64,000 nucleotides of DNA from Orbicella franksi (GCA_964199315.1 OZ116700.1:10788001-10852000), one strand, 5' to 3'. Counted from the first letter of the stretch, positions 12,001-25,031 are shown. Numbers and translations are program-made. The notes: generated from the sequence alone by a model not told the origin.

Positions 12001-15000
12001 TACATATTTACATACTAGAGTAACTATGTGTAGATAGTACAGTATGTACATGTAACATGCTTATCAGTGGGAAATTGAGGGTGCTTACAAATACTGTTGA
12101 ACCCTGCCTTACTGCCGCCCTGTTAATGTGGTCACCTTGTTGTTGTGGCTCATTGTTGACCAGATTAATGGGGTTCTACTGTATAGCATTTAGCCACCTA
12201 TTTTGGAAATGATGAACACAAAATTTTCCACAACTGCTTTGCAAACTTTTCCACAAATGTTTTGCAAAATTGTGGTCAATTACCTCCTGTTGCAGAGATC
12301 TATATCCTGGCTGGAAAAATTGCCGAACATACCATGTTTACTCAAATAAGTGCCACCCTCCAATAAGCAATGCATTTGGGATAAAAAAGTTGATAAGCAC
12401 CGCCTCCAAATAAGCACCTGGCTCTAAAAATCCAATACAAAGCAAGTCTAACACAGCACTGGAAATATATTTTCACCAAAAGTGACTTCAGTTCAAAATG
12501 ATTATATTTCACTGTGTGCCCATTAAGTTCTTTGTTTAAGGTTCTTGCAATACATAGTTCTGTTGTGAACATGAGGAGCTTTAGTCAAATTAGAGTCCAA
12601 AAAAATTCACTGCAGGGATGATTACAAAATTGTTTGGTTGCGTCAATCATTACTTAGATATGAGATAATTATATTGACACTTGCACTCAAAGGTGTTTTC
12701 TCAAAATGACATTTTCTGTTTCATGTTTTAGACATTCAAGTCTTTATACATCATGTCAAATAAACAGAGGCCTGCTAGATTAAATTAATATAGAAAAACT
12801 GCGAAACAACATCTGTAACCAATTAGCCGTCTCTAACGAAATTTCAAACACTAAACATTGTGGCTGGATAAGGCTCTCTTTAACACTAAAACTAGAACCA
12901 GGGCCAAAATTTCAGAAATTCTCAGCATGTCCATCTTTTTATACAACACTGTTTAGAAACCGAAGCGGCCACTCATACAATTTCAATACTGACAATTACA
13001 CCTGCAGTCTCCCTAAGAACATCAATAAGTTAAACACCATTTGCTACTTTTGCATGTATTTCTGCCTTGTTTGTTCCTATATCCCTTATACTACATGTAT
13101 TACTAACAGTGGAAAGGACAATCTGTACATTATGTATTAAGTGGTTTGTCAATCAAATACACACTTCTCATTACAAAACACGAAACTTTCAATAGTATTT
13201 CCTTTACCTGACTTACGCTGATTATATTCTTGATCAAAACAAGCATTCGCCACTGTCATCAATGGATACAGAGGATATTACACGATAGTGTGAGGGTCTG
13301 AGTTATACCTTAAATCTTCGAATCAGTGCTTCCCCTGTAATAAGCACCCCCTTCAAAAAGTGCCCCTCCTATCAGCCAAAATTTAAAGTAAGTGCCTCCC
13401 CTCTCCTGTTATAAGGAAGGAGTACTGAGACAACAGAGAATGTATAGTATTGGTCGTGCTTAATCACAAGCAAGTGATTATCGACTCATTCAAGCACTGT
13501 ACATTGACCATCGCAATGGATGGTAGAGAAGTTCCACTATTCATTGCCTGAAGCCTTGCCAACCTGGCACAGCAGGTCTAGACCAGCTAATTAAAGGGGT
13601 TATATATTACATAGTTGTTCAAGACAGACAGGATCCGTCTGAGACTAATCTGAGGAACTGACACACAATTATTACAAAAAAAGCTGTTCATATCTGACCA
13701 CGATTTTGGAAAAATTAAATAAGCAGCCCCCTAGACTAAGTGCCTCCCTCGAATAAGCGTCCTCTGCCTTGTCCTAAATTTGAAATAAGCGCCTTGCAGG
13801 GCTCTCATTCAGGGATTTACAATATTTTCCAGTGGAAAAAATGGGTGCAGCAAGTGAGTAAAATAACATCATCAATACCCCCACTAGTGAGGATATGGAA
13901 AATTCACTACTCGGATCCCAGATGTACAGTTTCATACAACGCTGATTACTTGCTGTGTTATTGGTATTTTATAGTGAACGAGTGCAGGTGAATCATATTT
14001 TTACAACCTCCCTTAAAACAGACTTAATCTTAAAAAATAAAGGAATATTACAATTAGCAATAACTAGTATAAATGTTAAAATGGGTCTTACGTGATTTTC
14101 TAAGAGCTAATACACCCAATATATTTTTAATATTTTGCACCTAGCAAAAGTTGATATATATGAAAAAAATATATAGTACTTTGTTTTGGTTAAACTATAA
14201 ACCATTAGCTTTTTAGCAGACATAAAATTCATTTATTTATCATGAGAAAGTATAGAAACAATACTGCTTAAGATATTAACAAACATTCTTAATAGTCCAC
14301 ATTCAAAAGATATACATGCACTGACAAATCTGCATGCTGCACGTGTTGAAACACCTTAACAGGGCAATAACGTTTTAAGGAATTAGCATACAGCTGAATT
14401 TCCCTTTTAAGTTAGAAATATGGCATATTATATAGTTGTTAACATGAAACAAATAAACACACTTATTGTAACCATACAGCAAATTTGTTACAAGCCTGAA
14501 ATCTACTTATACATGTGTCCCTCAGGAAACGATACCTTTTACTCATAAAAGAAATGCTGGTAGCCATGTAGCCATCTTGCATCTTACATAAACGGGAGAA
14601 GAACCATACTTGCAAACACATTTATTATTTATTATTTCTATTTCTACACCTTAAGAAAAGTGATTGAAATGTTGATAGCTTTGAATGATTAAAGAGCCCT
14701 AAGATTGAAATCAATTGTTAACTTGGGAATTTCACAAAATAACAGTTATGTTTTCAAATAATTAAAATGAAAAAGAATCTGAAACATGTTTGTTGAATAA
14801 ATATTAAGAAAGAACAGTATCTTCTGGTCATTATTTCAAGAGAAATATTCACAGATAATTTAACAAGAAATGCTGCTGCTAGTCAATAATAAGATAAAGA
14901 AGTAAATATACAGGTTCCTGTGAATTTTAATTGTAAACAGAAGCTAAATCCCCTAAAACATAATAAATACAAATAAAATACATGTATGCATCCCAAGTTC

Positions 15001-17390
15001 CCAAACCAATTGAAATGCATTGATTTCATGCAAGGTGTTAGAAATTATTATAATTATGGTCCACAAATATTTCCAAAAAACTGGTCATCAATGACGTATG
15101 TTCTAAAAATAGTAAGCAAACCTCAATATGATTTCCACAAAACTGAAATATGTAAGAGCAAGCATGTGACCACAATAATGATATTTTATGACGCTGTTTG
15201 ATCAACATTCTTTCTTGATGCCTAACTTGTCATTTCAAATCACAAAAATTTAATTTGCATTTTTTCGTCATTGTTCAGTAAGCAACAAGGCAAAGTTTTC
15301 ATCTGGGAATTTCAATTATAATTGACCCATAAAACTTGGACAAGTAAATAATATTTTGAATGACTTGTGTTTTCAGAAGACAAATGGAACTCATAAAACA
15401 AAGAACAAGGCGTGCATGTGTTTGAGCAAAAAACTTATTACATTTACTATTTACTGCTTAACTGGTTGCTAAGAGACAGAGCACAACAACCTTTAAATTC
15501 ACACCTGCGCATTTCTCATACTGCACAATTGATATTCTAATGAGCTTGACAACTATTTGCTGTTTGAAAACCAATATTTCTCGAAATACCGGTAGTTGAT
15601 ATTTTTTCTTTACTGCATTAACAAATGCCTCTTTTTCAACACACTGTGCAGAGCTTTGCAGTATTTTATAATATATATACAATGTTTATTTAAGGGTTTC
15701 AAAAAAGATAAATTTGCCTGAAAGCATTAGTCTGGTCGAGAAGATAACTGATCTAAATTTCAAATTTAAATAATTTCCGCGTTCACCAGTTTATGTCCCC
15801 TAAGTTTGTAAAAACCTAAAAGAAAATGTCAAGAATTGCCACCCTATGTTTTAACTTTACTTTTAGTATAAAAAGAACTATTTACAAAAGTTCAAATACA
15901 AAAATTTGAGTGCCACTTCGTTTTCGTTTGGTCTCGACTCGTCCCACTTGCTATTTCCGTACATCGGCCTTTGAATTGATTTACCGGATGAATTGAACGA
16001 ATAAAATCTTATAATTACAGTTTGCATTTCGATATGACTACACATCCGACGACACTACATTGACAATACAGAAAATTACGCTTCTTCAAATAATATCCTT
16101 TTTTACGCTACAAAGATACGCATTTCATATTGCGGCCTTGAATGTTAAATAGACAAAAGAAAAGTAAATCTGATAAAATATCTTCTTCAAATATTGATTC
16201 ACAGTACTGCCGTATTCTTTCGTAACTTCATAAAATAATATTTTAGGCCTTAGGGAGTCTGTCGACTAATAAAGCAAAACTTTTCGCAGAATCAATTTAA
16301 CATTTGTTTCAGCTGGCGTTTTTAGCGAAAAACAAATGAAAGACGCTAGTCTGGCGAAGTGATGTGAAAAATTACGACAACGACTCTAATGAGAGTTTTT
16401 TCAGCGTCCATGACAAGATTTCAAAAATACTACACCGTAGATGTGATCCAGTCAGATTAAAATGTCGTTTAGACGAAATAAGGATCAGGTTTTCAGAATA
16501 AGACAGCTATAATGGGAGTAACTTACTATAAGCCGGTGATATGCAAATAAATCGGTACCATATTCAATACAAGCCAAGGAGACGAATATTATTATGTCTT
16601 TGAGCATAAAACAGCAGCATCTAAGCTATTGGAAGTAGAATAAATCACTCAGTGTTGTTCTGTGCATCTACGCGGGTGTCAACGACCAGACTGTGGGTTA
16701 AGTTCGGAAAGGGAAGCCTCTCTATTCTTCAACTGCGCGTTAATAAATGGTTGCTTTAGAACTAAACTGAAATAATTTCCTCGTTGGTTTTGACAACTCG
16801 ATCATGTCAGTTTAATATCAACTGTAAAGTGAAACATTCAGTTTCAAATTTCCACGTGTGGAAAAAATCGAGAAAGCTGAGACGCATAGATCACACATCA
16901 AAATATTGAAAGATAATTTAAAACACGGGAAACTTTCGTTGTTCAAATTGCGTAGTTCACGCTGTTGAAAGTGTACGTAAAAGTGAATAAGTCCTTCGCT
17001 TCGGTTCAATGATATATAAACAACCGTTGTGAGTCCAGCACAATATTAATAAGTTTTGGCATCTTTAATCTACTATTTCAAAGTTTGGTGCTTGAATGAA
17101 AACCCTGCTGGAAATCCTACAAATATTCGAGAGCCATGCACAAGCCAAGGAAAAACCTACTTAAAACCCAATGACTGTATTTAATTTTATAATGCTCAAT
17201 CGAGCTCGCGTTCAATGCTCCTTCACACTTCTAATTAAAAACCCTAAAATCGCGATCACAGGGAATGTTAGAGGTCGTGTCAACACACAGTGGAATACTT
17301 GCCAAATCCAATGGTTCACACATTAAGACGACAGCCCTTTTACAACTAGGATCACTTACCTACAAGTACCTCCGCAGATAGTTCAACCAT
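1..17390 (-). CDS. SKAP/AFAP-like adaptor A (N-terminal helical DM-like segment, PH, PH, F5/8 type C discoidin domain, charged C-terminal region); 3'-partial, at least 1140 aa
   Basis: Exons (minus): 17390-17360, 11962-11631, 10539-9814, 7578-6444, 5763-5596, 4909-4764, 3752-3611, 2963-2590, 1454-1256, 168-<1. All junctions are GT-AG with matching phases (1,0,0,1,1,0,1,0,1) and an uninterrupted frame. The protein starts MVELSAEVLVEFETGLSKLSIFLQNILLKESLSCEADAHRKECI. Confidence 0.85.
195..470. mobile_element. PIF/Harbinger-type MITE
   Basis: Imperfect TIRs GGCCCAGTCCACAC...GTGTGGATGGGGCC, flanked on both sides by TTA (192-194 and 471-473). Confidence 0.8.
3309..3493. mobile_element. MITE family X copy 1 (hAT-like CAGGGCTG termini)
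   Basis: TIRs AGGGCTGTCATTAAG / CTTAATGACAGCCCTG; internal sequence shared with copies at 6111-6289 and 41673-41849. Confidence 0.75.
3611..5763 (-). CDS. Adaptor A exons 5-7, F5/8 type C (discoidin) domain
   Basis: Spliced translation GPMPAGVSDGTIEDSAITASS...AWCAKVNDKHQYLQIDL/GEVTKVCGVASQGR...FVKTYTLAYSKDGENW...K/VFQGNHDPDTVVTN...YLRIKPQSWHNHIALRAEVY matches the FA58C consensus. Exon 4909-4764 is absent from the ORF track. Confidence 0.92.
3860..4200. repeat. Imperfect inverted-repeat region around a poly-G tract
   Basis: CCATTCTGG/CCAGAATGG and CATGCAAGCCA/TGGCTTGCATG arms lie either side of the G-run near 4005-4017; many GCTAAC/TTAGC motifs. Confidence 0.4.
5946..6373 (+). mobile_element. 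tRNA-derived SINE, diverged, interrupted by a MITE
   Basis: Head with A-box/B-box-like TGGTGGTTTAACAGTTAG / GGTTTGAGCCC, then CTCTCACAGTGCCTCTCT...CCCAGGTG core shared with copies at 41.5-42.3 kb and 58.7-59.0 kb. Confidence 0.75.
6111..6289. mobile_element. MITE family X copy 2, inserted in a SINE
   Basis: Degenerate left TIR CTGGGTAGTCATTAAG, right TIR CTTAACGACAGCCCTG; internal CCGTAACAGGTGTTACGGGTTA identical to copy 1. Confidence 0.75.
6444..7578 (-). CDS. Adaptor A exon 4, PH domain 2 with flanking acidic Tyr motifs and Pro-rich motifs
   Basis: LAGYAYKANETAKRWFLIREKKLHCYK...LLAKSAKDWERWKKAF; motifs DDVYEAV, DDYVTPV, DFYMEV, EIYEEV, PALPRRP and PLPPVPPELPPPR. Confidence 0.88.
9026..9476. 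mobile_element. Non-autonomous DNA element (MITE-like), diverged
   Basis: Imperfect terminal inverted similarity CTATCAATGTTAACCCCGAGG ... CCTCAGGCTTAACATTG...GATAG; G/C-run subterminal regions. Confidence 0.5.
9814..10539 (-). CDS. Adaptor A exon 3, PH domain 1
   Basis: FAGLLKEKHSEKLWWCVLIDQHLCIF...FVASNNDELKEWMKVLTIAA shows the PH beta1-beta3 pattern and the C-terminal helix Trp; acceptor cag at 10542-10540, donor gtaaag below 9814. Confidence 0.85.
12094..12181. mobile_element. Small Tc1/pogo-type MITE
   Basis: TA-CTGTTGAACCC ... GGGGTTCTACTG-TA; TA on both flanks. Confidence 0.55.
13308..13822. mobile_element. Tc1/pogo-type MITE, diverged relative of the 27807-28175 element
   Basis: Left end TA-CCTTAAATCTTCGAATCAGTGC, right end CATTCAGGGATTTACAA-TA; internal ATAAGCGCC-like subrepeats. 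Confidence 0.55.
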
Positions 17391-19405
17391 GGTTGCAAAC
17401 GTCTTTTCGACGACGACGGCTGTCGGCTGTTTAGGGTTGGCTGATTTTTAACAACACCAACATTGAAATATCGCGCCAGCCGCTTCGAAGTAATCACCCG
17501 AGTCGAAATCTCTCCGAAAATTCACCTTGTTCACTAATCCAGAGAACTAATTCACGAGCGCAGTTCATACACTTTAATAAGCGATCAGACAGATCAACTA
17601 CACAGAGCAGAGCTGACTTCGTTTGGAGATGAGTCCCGAGTGATTTTCAGCAGGGGTGTTACCTGTTCCATTAATTAACCCCGAAGAGAGTGGGCGACAT
17701 TCTTGAGGGCTTACATTTTGTGTTTTGTCCAAAATGATTGGTCTTCAATGACGTCTGATCTCACAAAACAAAATAACTGTCACACCACACTGAAAACATG
17801 ACGTCATTGTCACTTAACGTGACAGTTTCCACTGAATTACTGAGACGATTCCGTGAATTTCCAACAAGAAAGTTTTATTATCGCGTGTGAAAAACTACTC
17901 AGAGAACTTGATAAGTAGCAATTATGTAAATGAAAACCTAACTTTCTCAAATAGCCGACTTCCCTGTAAACTTCGGGCCTCCTTATAAGGGAGGGTTTTG
18001 TTTATATGCGGTGAATCGGTACAAAGATAAACAACAAAACAGGAATTACGTTCTGGAGTCTTTCTTTGCGGAATGTTTGTTTGATCATCGCATTGCATTC
18101 CTTTTATTCAAAAGATTTGAGAGAACAAATCACAGTTTAAATCAAAAACGAGGAACTCGGTCTATTTAAAACCATTGCACAAGCCGGTAGATCTAATACT
18201 AAAATTTTCCTGAAAGGTAAATTACAACGTCCACGCCACCACGCGCTTGAGTAGTTGAGAGATTTTTTTCTGCTCTGAAACTTAATATCTGCACAATTCT
18301 GCTTGAAGTAGTTTGCAATGAGGATTATTTATCTGATCACACAATTGCTTAGCGCCAGATGCCGCAGGACTTCTCCAACATGGTCAGTAAGCCTTGTGTG
18401 TGTGTTGACCTGTGTTGCATTAATTTCATGGCAGTTGATTTAACCACCGATTAGCTATCATTAGCGCTTTGACCCCTTTTCGTCGGACCACCATATATTT
18501 GTCAGTCCAATCAATCAACATGAACATTTTTGGCATTTAATTTAAAACTATATGTATCAAGCTCACCACCCGTAAATTGCGCCAAGAATGTTTAGCACAG
18601 GAAAAGGAAATTGTTATATTTTTAACTTGGGATACTATGCCAACAACATGAAATTTAATAGCTATTGTTTATAATACCTACGTACAACATACTTGACGAA
18701 ATGCTTGACCTTTGACGTCACAAGATTCTAGCGAGTTAAAATAAGGTTACCCCAGCGTAATAACTACTGACCAGAGAACAGTGATGTTCAATACCAGTTG
18801 TTACAAAATGTATAAACTAGCAATTTGTAATGGCAAAATGAGCGGAAGAAGTCAACCAGCCACAAGTTTGGAAATGCCTGTGCTCAAACGGACATGATTT
18901 GCATTTCAGAGCACGTAGTTTCCCAGATAATAACAGTTTCTATTCAAAGCTTTACAATTATCACACTTGTTCTGACACAATAGGAACTGCACCTCACAGT
19001 TTATCTATTTGACCTCTCTATTGTGTACAAAGTTATCAAAACTACAAATTAAAACAAATTACAAGAGGAAAGAACAATGATTTATATTTCTGTATATTTG
19101 CCATAATTTGGACAGTTGTTTTGTGTAACTTACGGGAAAATGCATAAAAATACCAAAGAAGCAGTCGTCCTTTCGAGGTGACATAGTATCGCGCGCAGTT
19201 GAATATAAATTTCCAGCCTCCATTTAGGCTAATTTTTGTCTGAGATTTTGTAACGTCTACTTCTTGTCTTCCGTAATGCCCTTACCGGAACACGCAAGGC
19301 TACAAAATATAAGTGTGCCAGTGTGAAAATAGTTCAAGACTTGTTACTGAAATCTGTCGCCAATATTATGGTCCAATATCGCTGAGGGTCCGCTTAGACA
19401 GGAAG

Positions 19406-19472
19406 GAAGAACCAAACTAAATATGGCGAAGAAGAACCAAAAATATGACGAGGAAGAACCAAAAATATGACG
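19406..19472 (+). repeat. Short tandem repeat, about 21-bp unit x3
   Basis: GAAGAACCAAAAATATGACGA repeated about three times. Confidence 0.7.
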
Positions 19473-19964
19473 TCATTATTATTTAGCAGAACGACCATTT
19501 TGTTTTGTGTCTTCCACTAACTGCACAAAAGGCATGTTTACATTGCTTTAGTTGGAGAACTACTCACTATGGTTGTTTAGGAATTAAACGCTTAACTCTT
19601 TTTACGTTTGTGTTCCCGGAAAATTGCTGAACATGAGTCACGTATTTAGCCATTTTACAGGATGTTGCTCTTTGTACAATGAATCCGCAAAAGCTAAAAT
19701 GAACAGCTAAAACAGGAATTTTCACGTTTCTGTTTATCATGTTGCATTCCTCTCATCAAAAAAATCTGAGACTTAATGCAACTGTTCTACCAATGTGTCG
19801 ATTAATATAAAGATAATTACAAACTTATAGATAGAGAGAAAGCTACCCGGCTATTTTAAATATAATTTCTTCTATAGTGCTAACACTGAAATAACCGCAG
19901 TTTTAGATAATTGGGAAGGTTGTCTCGACCACGGTTTAGGTTGTGGTAGATTTCACAGCTTAAA

Positions 19965-20342
19965 GGCCCAGACCAGACTAGCGCATTTATAAAAATATCA
20001 GTTTCCGTCTCAAACGAAGCAAAATAATTTCGCCCACGTTAGCGCTTTTGTTTTGTTTATACCCGTCCTGAGTAATGCGCTATCATTTGAAAAGAATAGT
20101 CTTTAATGCGTTTTCGCCCATCGTCCACACTAAAAAAAACATCTGGAAACGCTGATGGAAAGAAAGTATTTCACGCTTTGTTCGTCACCGTTTTCACCTG
20201 TCCACAGAAGAAACAGAGTGTTTTCAGAATAATGCATTTTGTGGAGACTCCACTTTTGAAACAATTTTCAAACGGGCGTTTTAGTGTGGAACTTGTCAAA
20301 AAGAACGCGTTTTCAAAAAAACGCATTAGTGTGCTCTTGGCC
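19965..20342. mobile_element. Harbinger-type MITE, diverged
   Basis: Termini GGCCCAGACCAGACTAGCGC ... GCATTAGTGTGCTCTTGGCC; internal GTCCACACT/AGTGTGGA and GAAAACG motifs like the 195-470 element. Confidence 0.55.
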
Positions 20343-23300
20343 TTGGAACTCGAATGAAACCACCGGCTTTACTGCGCACTGACTTCAACGGAAATAGGCA
20401 TACTCTGAATAAAAACAAATATGTCCCATATCACTGCTGTCGGCGTCATGTGATTCCATAGCTACTCGAGTTGAATTGAAGAAATTATTGACGGAATTAA
20501 CGAAAAATAATTTTACTTGGGTAACCCAAATGCGCGAGAAAACTGAATTCAAGTTTCAATACTCAAAAGGAAGAAAATGCAAGACAAGATTTTCTTGGAA
20601 TAGCAATACAATTCAATTTTTATTGCGGAAAAGAAAACTGCTAAGCCAGGTCCAATAATAAGCCGTCGAAAGGTTTTTTTGGAATCATTACCAAGGACCT
20701 AAATATTTCACGACGTATTAGTCATCTTTTTCAGCAGCGTGTAAAATTATCTTTATTTCAAGGAAACCACAAAGTGGGTAATTTATCACACAATAGTACG
20801 TAAAGAATAATGATAAAGGAACAAGGAAGCTGAAGATTGGGAAAGATTAAGACGGATATACAGTTTTATACGTTTTTCAGGCTTCTCTTGAAAAGGAGCC
20901 TGCCCAACTTCACCATACGGTTTTGCACACGGAGCAGGGACAGTTGGAGACTGGATCAAGTGAATATGAGAAGCCGGGATTTTAGATTCCCAGGATGGAG
21001 ACTGGGAAAATTAGGTCTGGAAACAGAAACAGAATCTTGGCATAATTCCGTTTTACTTGGTACGGAAACCCGGAAATTCGTTTTTCATCCTCTCCCCTAT
21101 GGTGTATGTCGTCCTTGTCACAATGTTGTTCTTTCGGAGATTCTTACTCTTTCAAAACAACTTGAAATCGGTTGGGAATCGCCCCAGCGGGGTGGGAAAA
21201 GTAAAATATGATCGGTGAAAATGTAGTTTTTGGCCTGATTCGACCCATTTACCCGTGTAGAAATTTTTTTTTTTTTTTATTTTAGAACTGAACTTTTAGT
21301 TTCTATGGAAGAACGCCCAGATTAGAGGAATAAAAAAGAATTTTGAAGGTGATTACGACCGCACAATATATGCGACTATATGCCAATTTTATGTCCGGAT
21401 CATGAATGAGACACTAACACAAAATTTATAAACATTCTGGACTACGAAAGGTGGTGTAAATACGTGGTGTAAATATTCATTCAATATGTAAAACAAAAAA
21501 CACATTAGGCGTACTTGAAAATAAATCGTTCATCAAAAAAATATCTGAAAGCCATTTCAGCTGACCACAAATGCACCTTTTAAGGTTATATTTTTTTTCT
21601 TTTCTCTTTGTTTTTAAGACTCTTAGATCCAGTGGCAATTATTTAACCAACACAGTAATAGTATTCCTTTTACGGGTGATTTTTAGTCAGCGATTACTCA
21701 AAGAGCCATTCCCTTAGGCAAGCAGATGTTTACAACTCAAATAATCTTTGGACTTCTAATGGCCTTCAGCCACATTTTACGAATTTTAAATGCCAGGCGA
21801 GGCGTAGAACGTAAATTTAAAGGTTAGCATTTACCGCTGAAGTGTTCTGACTTCGAGCTGATCCTTGAAAAAGAATGAAAATGAAACTTTGTGTATTTGG
21901 CATCAAAATTAATCGTGGACAAACTGTGTTGTGATCACTGATCATAAGGAAACAATTCGTATCAGCGGATCATTGAAGCCTGTTTTATCGGGAGACAGTG
22001 TTCGGGGATTTGCCGGAGTAAATGGTACAGGAACAAGCACTAGCCGGGATATTAATTGACGGACACAGAATGGAAGAAAAAGCATCTTCACATCAAAGCA
22101 ATTATTTCTTGAGGTAACTAAATAAGACATTTTCATCGTTTGCTACAGATCTGGTTTGTTTTTCCGATTAATGCAAAGCTTGGCGAGCAAACAAGCTTTC
22201 CCTTCCGCTAACAACCGATGGAGCGAGTTACGTTCTTTGTGTTTAGCGAGACCCCGTACGAAGATTGCGGTCGTTTTACACAATTCTAAATCGTTTTCAT
22301 CTTACCTTTTATCTTTTGCCTTCTTTTTCTGCCACCTACTGGATTTTTCTTTGAACTTTCCACTAGAAGTTCTGTTTTATTTTCTGGAATGACGCTCATT
22401 AGGCCATTTCACCTGCATCTAGTTGCGCGAAGGCTGATGGGATTGAAACTTGCCGCGACATCTGCGCGACTGGACGCGGCTGACGTTTGGCGGGAAATAT
22501 GGTGTTTTGTTTTGTTTTTTGCTTTCATATATAAGAAGTCTTCTACTATTTCATGACTAAGCTTATATCTCTCCATTTATATGAACGCTTGACAATATTT
22601 CCAAGGCAACTTCGTCATATTTTATACACATCGCGCAGAATGCCGCGACATATCCGGGACTTAAATGTAGAGTGCGCGCGAAATTTAATTATTAATTAGG
22701 CTGCCGATGGTTAAACAATAAAGAAAATGACCAGAAAATGGCCGACTACGCATACTTGTTTAGAGTTTACGTGCTTCATACTTGTGTTTCGTAGTGGTTA
22801 TCATATGGCTTTTGTAGATGAGACATTGATAGAATAAAGGAGACATTTTTTGAAATCTTACGAAAAGTGGATTTAGTCGTTTTCTTTTCCTGAATTTGGT
22901 CCATTTGAGGGAAAATATTATATGAGGAAATATTTGGAGGAAGAATTTTACTCCTTCAAAGTGCCCTTCTTAAAGGTTATCATACGGCTTTGAATGTATG
23001 TTGTTAAAGGAAGCTTTATGCCAAGTTTTAACCGAAAATAATGTTTCGAAGTGGTCGTTCTGCCAACTTTCGAACACTCGTAACGATCTTTCAGCCTTCG
23101 TTCGCCTCGGAGACTAGAAGAACAATAGAGCGAAACTCTTTTGAATTTCCCGGCAGAATATTAATATATGCCAAGCTCCGCCTCCACAAACAATAGGACA
23201 CACGCCGACGCTATAAGGCATTGAAATTGAGAGGTGATAAAATGTATCACTTAACCATCGTATTTAAAGTAACGCTTTGCGCGAGTTGCAATAAACGAAT

Positions 23301-23891
23301 TTTCAGCATGTCATCTGTGCAAGAAATGCCCCCTTGATTTCGTCGAGAGACTATGCGCTCAACTTCATAAATACCCATAACAACGGGCTTTTGCTTGGGT
23401 CGGTACTTATAACTGAGGCGACGATCATAAGCGTCATCAAATGGTGATGCGTAAAAGCCGAGCTGCTGTCTCGTACGCTTTGACATGTTACTCCAAAGAG
23501 GATTCTAATAACTGAATACTCGAACCTGGGCCTTTTAAATGTTTTGATCAATTAAAACGGTTCCAACACGAAGTTATCTGAATACTGAGTAACACTGTTC
23601 AACCCATGCAAGTTGGTTCATTTTTTAATTGAATCAATAAGATTACTTTTTATATATCTAGGGCTCAAAATCTGGAGATCTGCTGACAAGAATGTTTGCA
23701 TTTAACGTTTGATCGGCGAGCATGCGGACTGTTTTATTGACTTCGTATACGTATTTCTGTTGCGATTGCCAATCAACAGTCGTTAACGTTCTTTGCAAAC
23801 TTCTTCAACTTAAATTCAAAATGTAATTTTAGCTTCTTCAGCTTTCCATGAGGACCTCCCTGAGGCTCCTAATAAAGTTTACTTTACACTC

Positions 23892-23919
23892 CTTTTTATA
23901 AGAATATAAGTTTATGAGG

Positions 23920-23959
<40 letters not shown>

Positions 23960-25031
23960 CAGATTTTAGGAATAAACTAGAGGCTGGGATTTTGATAAGA
24001 ATATAGTTTTGTGTGTTGAACATTTGTAAAGACAATACAATCATATGTTTGTAACTAAAGCGTATAGAATTCTTCCTTTCTCTAAACGGCAAAACTAGCC
24101 ATAAAGCAACAAAAACAGCACTAAATTAAGTTATTTGCGTCATATCAGGCTGTGGCTCAAAACAGTTTCTAGCACGTGGATTTTGATGGGTCACCATAAC
24201 CAACTTTTATCAATTGATGCTACAATCATGGTATCAAAAACCTACCCAATCATTGGCGAACACGTTGTTATAGCAACAGTATGAACAGCTAAAAAAACCC
24301 TTTATTGCAGCCTTAGGGGCTTGTAATTCAAAAACAGCACGGAGGTTTTTTTTATATCTGATTATCACATTTTGATGATAAGACGCAACTTTTGGCAAAG
24401 TTTTAAAATATCTGTGCATGGGGTCAGAGCCGCCTTAAAGTTTTGAAAATTTAAGGTGGCTCTGAACCCTTTGCACAGTCAACCCTTTCCCGTCTCTTTC
24501 TGTTTTTCAATACCCAATGATACCCCAGCTAAGACCATTGTAACAAAGACTGGGATTCCCTTAGGCCGTCATTTTGCACATTTTCACCTATCTGCAGAAA
24601 CAAGATATTTCGCGGAAACCAAGAGACCCTTGTGCTAATTACTGTTCTAAAAATAGAATGATACGGGAAAGGGGCGGCCCTCGGTTGTAGTACGTATGGA
24701 GGCTCCTGGTAATGGGCTCCTGATCATGCTTATCAAAATTTATTAATATATAAATTCACCGTGCCGTTTTTGAATTATAAGCCCTTAAAGCTGAAATTAA
24801 GGGTGTTTTTAGCGGATTATACTGTTGCTATGGTAACCTATTGTGTCACCAAAATTATAACAACGTGTTCACCAATGATTTAGTTGTTTTTCTGATACCG
24901 TGATTTTAGCATCAAGTGATAAAGAGTGATTATAATTTATATTAACCCATCAAAATCTAAGTGGTCGAAACTACTTTGAGAAAAATAAGAATTTTCAGCC
25001 TCGATCGGAAAAACAATATTCTTATAAAAAG
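23892..25031. mobile_element. About 1.14-kb foldback (long imperfect palindromic) element
   Basis: Outer arms CTTTTTATAAGAATAT...TCGAGGCTGAAA / TTTCAGCCTCGA...ATATTCTTATAAAAAG; inner arms at about 24180-24350 and 24770-24960; central hairpin 24412-24478. Confidence 0.65.
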
